The position numbers and the translations under genes were made by a program. A model generated the notes under the pieces. The model was given only the letters and a program-made list of their open reading frames with translations. It had not been told where the DNA came from and did no database searches. A stretch of DNA of 32,000 bases from Vibrio alginolyticus NBRC 15630 = ATCC 17749 (lineage in GTDB: Bacteria; Pseudomonadota; Gammaproteobacteria; Enterobacterales; Vibrionaceae). Of this stretch, positions 10,441-18,830 are shown piece after piece. The stretch spans positions 1-32,000 of the forward strand of contig NC_022349.1 of the NCBI RefSeq assembly GCF_000354175.2. The letters run 5' to 3'. Numbering within the stretch: the stretch's first letter is position 1; each line of letters begins with the position of its first letter.

Positions 10441-11031
10441 CTACCAGTTCGTGAGATAGTTAGAAAGAAGATTACTGATCAACTCTTTGCCATCAATCGG
10501 TTCACTAGAGAAAAACTTATCATCAACACTGAGTAAAGTAATGCCATGTACGCCAGACCAAAGGACTCGACTCGCTTGAATCACTTCGGATTCAGTACGA
10601 TGTGGTGCGATTTGAGCCAATAGTGACTCTAGCATTCCCGTCATACCATCGATACGTTTGGCATGCCATTCCGGAAGTTCTGCTCCATTCATGTTGTGTT
10701 CGAACACTAACTGCCAACGGTATGGGTGTTTTTGAGCAAAATCGTGGTAGCAATAAGCGAGTTCAAAAAGCGCTTGATGGGAGTCTTTGCTGTCATTAGT
10801 CGCTTTGCGTGCTTCTTGAGATAACTCATCTAAAGTTTGAGCGACAACATGAAGCAGTAGCAAATTATAATTACCAAAAACATTTACCAATGTGCTTGGC
10901 ACGTAACCAATCATGTTAGCGATTTTACGAAGACTGAGTTCGTGGTAAGAATTCTCATCTAAAAAGTTTTTGACCGTTGTTAACGTCAAATTCACTAACT
11001 CTTCTCGGGTGTGATCGTTTCTGCGCGCCAT
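10441..11031 (-). CDS. TetR/AcrR-family transcriptional regulator
   Basis: 196-aa ORF with an N-terminal TetR helix-turn-helix (LSLRKIANMIGYVPSTLVNVFGNY) and an all-helical C-terminal ligand domain. It sits 13 bp upstream of, and co-oriented with, the MFS-acyltransferase fusion. Confidence 0.85.
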   Translation of the reverse strand: MARRNDHTREELVNLTLTTVKNFLDENSYHELSLRKIANMIGYVPSTLVNVFGNYNLLLLHVVAQTLDELSQEARKATNDSKDSHQALFELAYCYHDFAQKHPYRWQLVFEHNMNGAELPEWHAKRIDGMTGMLESLLAQIAPHRTESEVIQASRVLWSGVHGITLLSVDDKFFSSEPIDGKELISNLLSNYLTNW

Positions 11032-11046
11032 ACTCTCAAACTACTT

Positions 11047-11065
11047 TATTGAACATCGTTCAATA
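11047..11065. promoter_or_regulatory. 19-bp perfect palindrome, candidate TetR operator
   Basis: TATTGAAC-ATC-GTTCAATA is perfectly dyad symmetric and lies 16-34 bp upstream of the tetR start codon. The half-sites TATTGA/TCAATA resemble those used by other TetR-family proteins. Confidence 0.45.
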
Positions 11066-11423
11066 TGATAGTCAGCTACCTATTAACCGTCAACAAGGCA
11101 ATGTATCCAAGTGCCCTCAAGGTGTAGGATTCTGAGCTGTGTCACTGATTCTAATTCAAGTAAAACAATCTGGAGTATTAGTGAACTTATTCCATACTTT
11201 TTTTACATTGATCAAGCGCCTTCAGCTGAATTGTAAGCAGTGTAAGCAGTCTGCATTTTTGGCAATATTCTGATACATGTCAGCTTCTATAAGCTATTTT
11301 CATCAATCGGTATACAGAGTATGATGACTTAAAAATCATCTTTGGCGTGCTACTGTTTGAAACAACGATTGTTTCGTCTTGAAAATGGGGCACTATCTTA
11401 GATAGCTAACTTTAAGGATAACG

Positions 11424-12296
11424 ATGAAACGTTTATTTTCTATTGTTGCTTTATTGATGTTTACTGTTGCTGTAACGCCTATCGCGGAAGCGAAGAAGTT
11501 TGGTGGCAGTAAGTCTTTCGGTAAGAGCTACAAAACTGCACCAGCACCGAAACAACAGCAACAAAACACCAATACGGTCGGCAAAGATCAGACGACAAAG
11601 TCTTCAAGTAAGAAAGGCCTTATGGGTGGTCTGCTAGGCGGACTTCTTGCTGGTGGTCTACTTGCTGCATTCTTTGGCGGTGCTTTTGAAGGTATCCAGT
11701 TTATGGATATCCTAATTATTGGTTTGATTGCCTTTGTCATCTTTAAACTAATGCGCGGTATGCTAGGTGCGAAGCAGGGCAGTATGAACCAGCATCGTCA
11801 ACAGCCTGCATTTGGTGGCAACGCATCTAAGTTTGAGCAACCAAACATGCAAAACTTTGAGCAACAACCAAACACAAATAATGTTGGCTTTGGTGGTTTT
11901 GGCGCTCAAACAGACGTACCACATAACTACCCACCGGGTTTTGACCAAGCAGCGTTCATTAATGGTTCTCGTGAACACTATCGAATCCTGCAAGGTGCGT
12001 GGAATCACAACCAGCTAGAAACTATTGAAGAATATGTTTCTCCAAGCTTGTTTGAAGACCTAAAAGCAGAGCGCGCGAAGCTCGACGGTGAGCAGCATAC
12101 TGACGTAATGTACGTTGATGCGGAGATCGTCCGTGCTGATTACGATGCAAATAAAGCACAGCTTAGTCTGCAGTTTAGCGGTCGTTACCGTGACACAGTA
12201 GAAGGTGTTGAAGAAGAAATCGAAGATATCTGGCACCTAGAGCGTGACTTGACTGCGCCTAATGCGCCATGGTTAATCGTTGGCATTCAAGGCTAG
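11424..12296 (+). CDS. Tim44-like domain protein with signal peptide, Gly-rich TM segments and a Q/N-rich linker
   Basis: 290-aa ORF with an AAGGA Shine-Dalgarno. N-terminal signal peptide (MKRLFSIVALLMFTVAVTPIAEA), a GGLLGGLLAGGLLAAFFGG membrane segment, and a C-terminal ~140 aa (FINGSREHYRILQGAWNHNQLETIEEYVSPSLFEDL...WLIVGIQG) that matches the bacterial Tim44-like architecture as I recognise it. Confidence 0.72.
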   Translation: MKRLFSIVALLMFTVAVTPIAEAKKFGGSKSFGKSYKTAPAPKQQQQNTNTVGKDQTTKSSSKKGLMGGLLGGLLAGGLLAAFFGGAFEGIQFMDILIIGLIAFVIFKLMRGMLGAKQGSMNQHRQQPAFGGNASKFEQPNMQNFEQQPNTNNVGFGGFGAQTDVPHNYPPGFDQAAFINGSREHYRILQGAWNHNQLETIEEYVSPSLFEDLKAERAKLDGEQHTDVMYVDAEIVRADYDANKAQLSLQFSGRYRDTVEGVEEEIEDIWHLERDLTAPNAPWLIVGIQG

Positions 12297-12324
12297 TCAC
12301 CTTTAAACCAATTTAGTCACTAGT

Positions 12325-12356
12325 AAAAATCCCGCATCCCCTGCGGGATTTTTTGT
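12325..12356 (+). terminator. Rho-independent terminator of the Tim44-like gene
   Basis: AAAAATCCCGCA-TCCCC-TGCGGGATTTTTT: a GC-rich stem followed by a T-run, about 30 nt after the stop codon. Confidence 0.8.
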
Positions 12357-12850
12357 ATCTATCATTTATATTTCTTGTACGTGTTTTTATACAAACATCA
12401 CTAATTGAGTCCGTTTGGTAATTTTGCGAGCCCACTTTTTCTAGTAAGTACTCAAGTGTTTTCCTAGTTATATTGAACATTTATATTAAGGCCATACGAA
12501 CTAACAAAATCAAAATAGCTAGTACATTGTTTGTAGGGTAAAGATCTGCTCCTCAGCCTTTTGTTTGTGGAGTTTCACATGGGGTTGGTTGCTTTAGTGA
12601 GATTGAGTATAGGTTATACCAATCGTAGTAAATAACTGGTCATTCTAGCTTGTTAAAATACTCGATAACTACGTTGCAATTTTTGATTGTAGAATAACTA
12701 CTTATCGAAAAATTGCGCCTTGTTCTCAAGCATTTTCCCTACGCTATTTCTGATCACTTATTTACTGTGATAGGTATTCAATCGAGAAGAGTTTCGGTGA
12801 GGAGTGAAAGGTTCGTTGTAGTAGGACTATGCTATCAAGATCCTGAAACG

Positions 12851-12880
12851 AAAAAAGCCAGCTCAATGAGCTGGCTTCTT
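12851..12880 (-). terminator. Rho-independent terminator of the tRNA-Tyr operon
   Basis: On the minus strand, AGCCAGCTC-ATT-GAGCTGGCT is followed by TTTTTT, beginning 6 nt after the CCA end of the distal tRNA. Confidence 0.75.
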
Positions 12881-12885
12881 CAATA

Positions 12886-12970
<85 letters not shown>

Positions 12971-13054
12971 AGGGTGTTTTATACTTAAAAGTTAGTTTCC
13001 CAACCTAGCTTTCAAGTTGTTCTCACGTTTAAAGGAAAAACATAAGAAAGAATA

Positions 13055-13139
<85 letters not shown>

Positions 13140-13197
13140 AGAGGATTTTTATACTTAGTAAGATGTTTTCCCAACTCATCTCCCAAGTGCGGAGCGA

Positions 13198-13250
13198 ATC
13201 ATAGCAAACTCGCTCAGGCTGTAAAGCGTTTTTCTTACGTTTTTACGTTG
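13198..13250 (-). promoter_or_regulatory. tyrT-like sigma70 promoter with GC-rich discriminator and A/T-rich UP region
   Basis: The minus strand reads TTTACA (13225-13220), a 16-nt spacer, TATGAT (13203-13198), then TCGCTCCGC. This is the same -35/-10 hexamers and discriminator style as the E. coli tyrT promoter. AAAAACGTAAGAAAAACG lies upstream, and the predicted leader to the first tRNA is about 50 nt. Confidence 0.55.
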
Positions 13251-13345
13251 AATGCTGTCTTTTTGGGCAAAGATGGTAGAAAGTCAGCGTTTTGTTTGTC
13301 CTTTGAACAGAAGAGAAGCGCGCTTTTTACTTGAATTTACACTAC

Positions 13346-13388
13346 TTGACGTTAAACACCGTATCTACTGATAAACTGTAAGCAGTTT
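13346..13388 (+). promoter_or_regulatory. Candidate promoter plus palindromic operator of the RND operon
   Basis: TTGACG (13346-13351), a 17-nt spacer, TGATAA (13369-13374), overlapped by the palindrome AAACTG-TAAG-CAGTTT (13373-13388). The site is 36 bp upstream of the adaptor start codon. Confidence 0.35.
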
Positions 13389-13423
13389 AATGACATAAGT
13401 TTATTCGTTTAGAAGTCAATATC

Positions 13424-14518
13424 ATGAGCATGAAAGCCACGTTATCGTTATCTGTTTTAACGCTTTCTATATTACTGAGTTCTCCATCGGTTTGCGCTGC
13501 GATGCGAGGAGGCTCAGCGGTTACCGTTGTGACTGAACAAGTAGAAACGCACGAGATCAATCAATCCTTAACTCTTATCGGCAAATTAAAGGCAGCGGAG
13601 TCTGTGGTTGTCGCATCGGAAGTCGCCGGCAAAGTGAATCAAATCGCTGTTAAAGCGAATCAAAATGTCCAGCAAGACCAGCTATTAATTAAGTTAGATG
13701 ACGATAAGGCTCAAGCCGCTTTGATTGAGGCAAAGGCGTACCTTAAAGATGAACAGCGTAAGTTAAAAGAGTTCCAACGTTTGGTTAAGCGGAATGCGAT
13801 TACTCAAACTGAAATCGATGCACAAAAAGCCAGTGTTGAAATAGCACAAGCGAGGCTTGATGCTGCTCAAGCCAATTTAGCTGATCTCCATATTACTGCC
13901 CCATTTTCTGGCACTGTTGGTTTTATCGATTTTAGCCGCGGCAAAATGGTCAGTGCCGGTACTGAACTTTTGACGTTGGATGATCTTTCCGTCATGGAAC
14001 TGGATTTACAAGTACCGGAGCGCTATTTATCGATGCTTTCTATTGGTATGGAAGTCATCGCTAAAACCAGTGCATGGGGTAGCCAGACCTTTACTGGTAA
14101 AGTCACAGGTATTGATACGCGGATCAGCGCCGAAACACTGAATCTTCGCGTGCGTATTGAGTTTGATAACCCAGAAAATCAATTGAAGCCGGGCATGTTG
14201 ATGAACGCTTCACTAGCATTTCCTGCTATTAAGGCGCCAATCATTCCTGTTCAAGCACTTGAATACTCCGGAACTAAACGTTTTGTATATGTAATTGATG
14301 AAAATAACAAAGCTACTCGTCAAGAAGTGTCGCTAGGTGCTCGTGTTGGCAACGAGGTGGTGATCGAATCTGGTGTTGAGATTGGTGACAAGATTGTGGT
14401 TCAAGGCATTGTTAACATGCGTGATGGTGTCGAAGTGAAAGAAATTGTCGCGCCACTAAAAGCGAACACCACGGATGTGACACGCAATGACAGTGAATCG
14501 GATGAGGAAGAAAACTAA
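13424..14518 (+). CDS. RND efflux periplasmic adaptor (membrane fusion protein, HlyD/AcrA family)
   Basis: 364-aa ORF with a signal/anchor sequence (LSILLSSPSVCAA), a lipoyl/hairpin coiled-coil region (AQAALIEAKAYLKDEQRKL...AQARLDAAQANL) and beta-barrel blocks (ITAPFSGTVG, VPERY, NPENQLKPGM). The stop overlaps the pump ATG (TAATG). Confidence 0.9.
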   Translation: MSMKATLSLSVLTLSILLSSPSVCAAMRGGSAVTVVTEQVETHEINQSLTLIGKLKAAESVVVASEVAGKVNQIAVKANQNVQQDQLLIKLDDDKAQAALIEAKAYLKDEQRKLKEFQRLVKRNAITQTEIDAQKASVEIAQARLDAAQANLADLHITAPFSGTVGFIDFSRGKMVSAGTELLTLDDLSVMELDLQVPERYLSMLSIGMEVIAKTSAWGSQTFTGKVTGIDTRISAETLNLRVRIEFDNPENQLKPGMLMNASLAFPAIKAPIIPVQALEYSGTKRFVYVIDENNKATRQEVSLGARVGNEVVIESGVEIGDKIVVQGIVNMRDGVEVKEIVAPLKANTTDVTRNDSESDEEEN

Positions 14519-17500
14519 TGTTACTGTCCGACGTTTCAGTTAAACGCCCTGTCGCGGCGTTGGTTCTGAGCATGCTGTTGTGTGTGTTTGGCTTTGTGTC
14601 ATTCACCAAATTAGCCGTTCGTGAAATGCCTGATATAGAAAGCCCAGTCGTTTCTATCAGTACGCGTTATGAGGGTGCATCGGCGACTATTATTGAAAGC
14701 CAAATTACCTCCGTTTTGGAAGACCAGCTTTCTGGGATCAGTGGGGTTGATGAAATTAGCTCCACTACTCGTAACAGCATGTCGCGTATCACGATCACGT
14801 TTGAGTTAGGTTACGATCTCAACACAGGTGTGAGCGACGTGCGTGATGCCGTAGCTCGTGCTCAGCGCTCGCTACCTGATGAAGCGGATGACCCTATTGT
14901 TTATAAGAACAATGGCTCGGGAGAGGCGTCGCTCTACATCAATCTCAGTTCTGCAGAGATGGACCGTACTCAATTAACCGATTATGCCGAACGTGTATTG
15001 ATGGACCGCTTTAGCCTGATCTCTGGGGTTAGCTCCATTGATCTCTCCGGTGGTTTGTACAAGGTCATGTACGTGAAGCTTAAGCCAGAACTAATGGCTG
15101 GACGTTCAGTTACAGCTTCGGACATTACATCAGCTTTACGAAGTGAGAACCTAGAAAGCCCAGGTGGTGAAGTTCGCAACGACTCAACAGTAATGTCCGT
15201 GCGTACGGCTCGTACTTATAACACGCCTGAAGATTTTCAATATCTTGTCATTAAACGCGCAAGCGACAATACACCTATCTATTTAAAAGATGTAGCAGAT
15301 GTCTTCATTGGTGCAGAAAACGAAAACTCAACCTTCAAAAGTGATGGTGTAGTAAACATCAGTCTTGGTGTGGTACCGCAGTCAGACGCAAACCCGTTAG
15401 AAGTAGCGAAGCTGGTTAGGTCTGAAGTCGATAACATCCAGAAGTTCTTACCAGAAGGTACACGTCTTGCGATAGATTACGACGCGACAGTGTTTATCGA
15501 GCGTTCAATCGAAGAGGTGTACAGCACGCTATTTATCACGGGCGGCTTGGTGATTTTGGTATTGTACATTTTCATCGGCCAAGCTCGTGCAACCTTAATT
15601 CCTGCGGTTACTGTACCTGTTTCTCTGATTTCGTCGTTCATTGCCGCGTACTACTTTGGGTTTTCTATCAACTTGATCACCTTGATGGCGTTGATATTAT
15701 CGATTGGTTTGGTGGTTGATGACGCAATTGTGGTTGTAGAGAATATCTTCCACCATATTGAACGCGGTGAATCGCCATTACTCGCCGCATATAAAGGCAC
15801 AAGAGAGGTTGGTTTTGCTGTTATAGCAACAACATTAGTGCTGGTGATGGTGTTCTTACCGATCTCCTTTATGGATGGCATGGTAGGTCTACTATTTACA
15901 GAGTTTTCTGTATTGCTGGCTATGTCGGTCATATTCTCCTCTTTGATTGCCCTGACGCTGACTCCTGTATTAGGTAGTCAGATTTTGAAAGCGAATGTAA
16001 AACCAAATCGATTCAATGAAGCGGTTGATCGCTTGTTTAGCAAGCTTGAGAGTGGCTATCGCGCATTATTGAAAGGCGCATTAAAAGTACGTTGGGCTGC
16101 TCCGCTGGTGATTCTAGCTTGTTTGGGCGGTAGCTATTTCTTGATGAATCAGGTACCGGCCCAGCTGACCCCACAAGAAGATCGCGGTGTGATATTCGCG
16201 TTTGTGCGCGGTGCAGATGCTACGTCATACAATCGTATGTCAGCCAATATGGATATTGTCGAAGACCGATTGATGCCATTACTAGGGCAAGGTTATCTGA
16301 AGTCATTCAGCATCCAAACGCCAGCGTTTGGTGGCCAGGCAGGAGACCAGACAGGCTTTGTGATCATGATTCTAGAAGATTGGAACGAACGTGATATCAC
16401 GGCTCAGCAAGCCCTTAACAAAGTACGGAAAGAATTGGCAGGTATCCCAGATGTTCGAGTGTTCCCATTTATGCCAGGTTTCCAAGGTGGTTCGAGTGAG
16501 CCAGTTCAGTTCGTATTAGGCGGCTCTGATTACGATGAGCTCGTTGTTTGGGCTGAAATGCTAAAGAACAAAGCAGAAGAATCACCAATGATGGAAGGAG
16601 CAGAGATAGATTACTCGGAAAAAACGCCTGAGTTATTGGTTACAGTTGACCGACAGCGTGCCGCAGAGCTAGGAGTCAGTGTTAAAGACATTTCTGACAC
16701 CCTAGAAATCATGCTCGGTGGTAAAAGCGAAACGACTTATGTTGAGCGTGGCGAAGAGTACGATGTGTATCTTCGCGGTGATGAAAATAGCTTTAATAAT
16801 GCTGCAGATTTAAGTCAGATTTATCTGCGCACGAATAGCGGTCAGCTAGTGACGTTAGATGCGGTCACAAAAATTGAAGAAGTGGCGGCCTCTATTCGTC
16901 TTTCTCACTACAACAAACAGAAGTCCATCACTATTACTGCCAACCTGTCGGAAGGTTTTACATTAGGAGATGCGCTGAATTACCTAGACCAGGAAGCCAT
17001 CGACAACTTACCGGGTGACATTTCGGTGAGTTATTCGGGGGAGTCGAAAGACTTTAAAGAGAACCAAGCGAGTGTTGCTGTTGTGTTTGCATTGGCACTG
17101 CTAGTGGCGTATCTCGTGTTGGCGGCTCAGTTTGAAAGCTTCGTAAACCCGTTAGTGGTCATGTTTACGGTGCCGATGGGTGTATTTGGTGGCTTTCTTG
17201 GTTTGGTTATTATGGGCCAAGGTATGAACATTTATAGTCAGATCGGCATGATCATGTTGATTGGTATGGTGACGAAAAACGGTATTTTGATCGTAGAATT
17301 TGCCAATCAGCTACGTGATCGTGGCGTTGAGTTTGAAAAAGCGATCATTGATGCAGCTGCGCGACGTCTACGTCCAATCTTGATGACTGCGTTTACCACA
17401 CTTGCTGGCGCAATTCCGTTGATAGTATCTACAGGGGCGGGTTATGAGAGCCGTATTGCCGTGGGTACGGTAATCTTTTTCGGGATGGGGTTTGCGACAT

Positions 17501-17631
17501 TGGTGACCTTGTTTGTTATCCCGGCAATGTACCGATTGATTTCGGCGAAAACACAAGCACCAGGTCATGTAGAAGCAGAGTTAAACAAAGCAATTAGCCA
17601 TGATACGAAGGGCCGTATAGCGCACCCTTAA
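14518..17631 (+). CDS. RND efflux permease (AcrB/HAE1 family)
   Basis: 1037-aa ORF with a 12-TM, two-large-loop layout. Characteristic blocks include RPVAALVLSMLL, GLVVDDAIVVVENI, PILMTAFTTLAGAIPL and LFVIPAMY. Confidence 0.93.
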   Translation: MLLSDVSVKRPVAALVLSMLLCVFGFVSFTKLAVREMPDIESPVVSISTRYEGASATIIESQITSVLEDQLSGISGVDEISSTTRNSMSRITITFELGYDLNTGVSDVRDAVARAQRSLPDEADDPIVYKNNGSGEASLYINLSSAEMDRTQLTDYAERVLMDRFSLISGVSSIDLSGGLYKVMYVKLKPELMAGRSVTASDITSALRSENLESPGGEVRNDSTVMSVRTARTYNTPEDFQYLVIKRASDNTPIYLKDVADVFIGAENENSTFKSDGVVNISLGVVPQSDANPLEVAKLVRSEVDNIQKFLPEGTRLAIDYDATVFIERSIEEVYSTLFITGGLVILVLYIFIGQARATLIPAVTVPVSLISSFIAAYYFGFSINLITLMALILSIGLVVDDAIVVVENIFHHIERGESPLLAAYKGTREVGFAVIATTLVLVMVFLPISFMDGMVGLLFTEFSVLLAMSVIFSSLIALTLTPVLGSQILKANVKPNRFNEAVDRLFSKLESGYRALLKGALKVRWAAPLVILACLGGSYFLMNQVPAQLTPQEDRGVIFAFVRGADATSYNRMSANMDIVEDRLMPLLGQGYLKSFSIQTPAFGGQAGDQTGFVIMILEDWNERDITAQQALNKVRKELAGIPDVRVFPFMPGFQGGSSEPVQFVLGGSDYDELVVWAEMLKNKAEESPMMEGAEIDYSEKTPELLVTVDRQRAAELGVSVKDISDTLEIMLGGKSETTYVERGEEYDVYLRGDENSFNNAADLSQIYLRTNSGQLVTLDAVTKIEEVAASIRLSHYNKQKSITITANLSEGFTLGDALNYLDQEAIDNLPGDISVSYSGESKDFKENQASVAVVFALALLVAYLVLAAQFESFVNPLVVMFTVPMGVFGGFLGLVIMGQGMNIYSQIGMIMLIGMVTKNGILIVEFANQLRDRGVEFEKAIIDAAARRLRPILMTAFTTLAGAIPLIVSTGAGYESRIAVGTVIFFGMGFATLVTLFVIPAMYRLISAKTQAPGHVEAELNKAISHDTKGRIAHP

Positions 17632-17648
17632 ATCAAACGTTAAAACAT

Positions 17649-17680
17649 AAAAGCCGAGGTAATAACCTCGGCTTCTCTTT
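17649..17680. terminator. Hairpin terminator shared by the convergent RND and beta-barrel genes
   Basis: AAGCCGAGGT-AATA-ACCTCGGCTT forms a 10-bp stem flanked by T-rich sequence on the + side. It lies between the stops at 17631 (+) and 17712 (-). Confidence 0.7.
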
Positions 17681-17711
17681 ATCGGTTTAAAGTTAGCTCG
17701 GAAGCGTTCGA

Positions 17712-18287
17712 TTAGAAGCGTTTCCCTAGGCTGATTTGTACACCTTCGTAGCTGTCGTAAAAATCTTCAAAACCCATATCCGCGACATTATAAATGTACT
17801 CTGCGCGTAACCAGATATCTTTGCTCATATCCCAATGGACACCAGCACCGATGTTGAATAGCGCGCCTGAATCATCTGTGACTTTTTGTTCGTTTGGAAC
17901 ATACATTTCAGCTTGAGTGCCAAGCGCAGTTACGCGACCAAACAGTGACAGCGGCGTATCGCCTAAGTTATCACTTGTTACAACAGCAGACATACCTGCT
18001 TGGTAATAGTGAAGATCTAAGTCAGTTTTTAGAGCATCGTTCTTAAGTTCATTTTGTGAATAGCGCAGAACCCCTTCAAACGCGAGGTATTGGTTTATAT
18101 GGTAACCCCAGCCAACTGTGATATGTGGTGTTGACCACTCATTGTCTCTATCCGAGCCGAAATACGGTGTATCAAAACCAACGTTACCAGCACCCAGATA
18201 AAAATAAGATTGATGAGCTTGTTCTTGAGCAGCTAAAGTTGGCACGCTAATGGTCAAGGCAGACAATAATAGAATGGCGTTTTTCAT
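17712..18287 (-). CDS. Small outer-membrane beta-barrel protein (OmpX/OmpA-TM-like)
   Basis: Signal peptide MKNAILLLSALTISVPTLAA, alternating aromatic beta-strand pattern, and a C-terminal ...ISLGKRF terminal Phe. The start is trimmed from the track's TTG 18350 to ATG 18287, which yields a canonical signal peptide. Confidence 0.75.
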   Translation of the reverse strand: MKNAILLLSALTISVPTLAAQEQAHQSYFYLGAGNVGFDTPYFGSDRDNEWSTPHITVGWGYHINQYLAFEGVLRYSQNELKNDALKTDLDLHYYQAGMSAVVTSDNLGDTPLSLFGRVTALGTQAEMYVPNEQKVTDDSGALFNIGAGVHWDMSKDIWLRAEYIYNVADMGFEDFYDSYEGVQISLGKRF

Positions 18288-18501
18288 AACTAGACGATAA
18301 CCTTGGTAAAAGACCGTTGTAATGATTTGTTTAAATGTTAATTTAATCAATAGGATGGATGGTAATTATCATATCAGCTTTTATCAAAGGTAGTGATTTT
18401 AGAATGGGAATTGTTGCGCTAAAGCATACTTCTTACTCATGACTACCGACTAACTAGATATGGTGACGAAAGCTAGCTAAATAAGAGAGAAGGAAAGGAA
18501 A

Positions 18502-18819
18502 GTGGCTGAATTCAAATACAAAAACTTGACTCAAGAAGAACAAGATAAGTTAGACGCGGCGACATTTCGCCGTTTATTGGCGCATTTAGATGCTAACAAA
18601 GACGTACAAAACATCGACCTGATGATCCTTGCGGGCTTCTGTCGCAACTGCTTTAGCAAATGGTATAAATCTGAGGCTGAAAATCTCGGTTTGGATTTAG
18701 ATATTGATGACGCTCGCGAACGTGTTTACGGCATGACTTACGATGAATGGAAACAAAATCATCAACCAGCGGCAACGCCAGAACAATTGGCTGCGTTTGA
18801 AGCGCGCCAGAAAAAGTAA
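18502..18819 (+). CDS. Small conserved protein, DUF1244-like
   Basis: 105-aa ORF with a GTG start preceded by GAAAGGAAAG. The central AGFCRNCFSKWY block matches my recollection of the DUF1244 family; function is unknown. Confidence 0.55.
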   Translation: MAEFKYKNLTQEEQDKLDAATFRRLLAHLDANKDVQNIDLMILAGFCRNCFSKWYKSEAENLGLDLDIDDARERVYGMTYDEWKQNHQPAATPEQLAAFEARQKK

Positions 18820-18830
18820 AACCCAGCGAT

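Noticed and set aside
13373-13395. Reading TGTAAG-N6-AATGAC upstream of the RND operon as a TyrR box (TGTAAA-N6-TTTACA).
   Set aside because: The right half-site matches poorly. The sequence is better described as the self-contained palindrome AAACTG-TAAG-CAGTTT.
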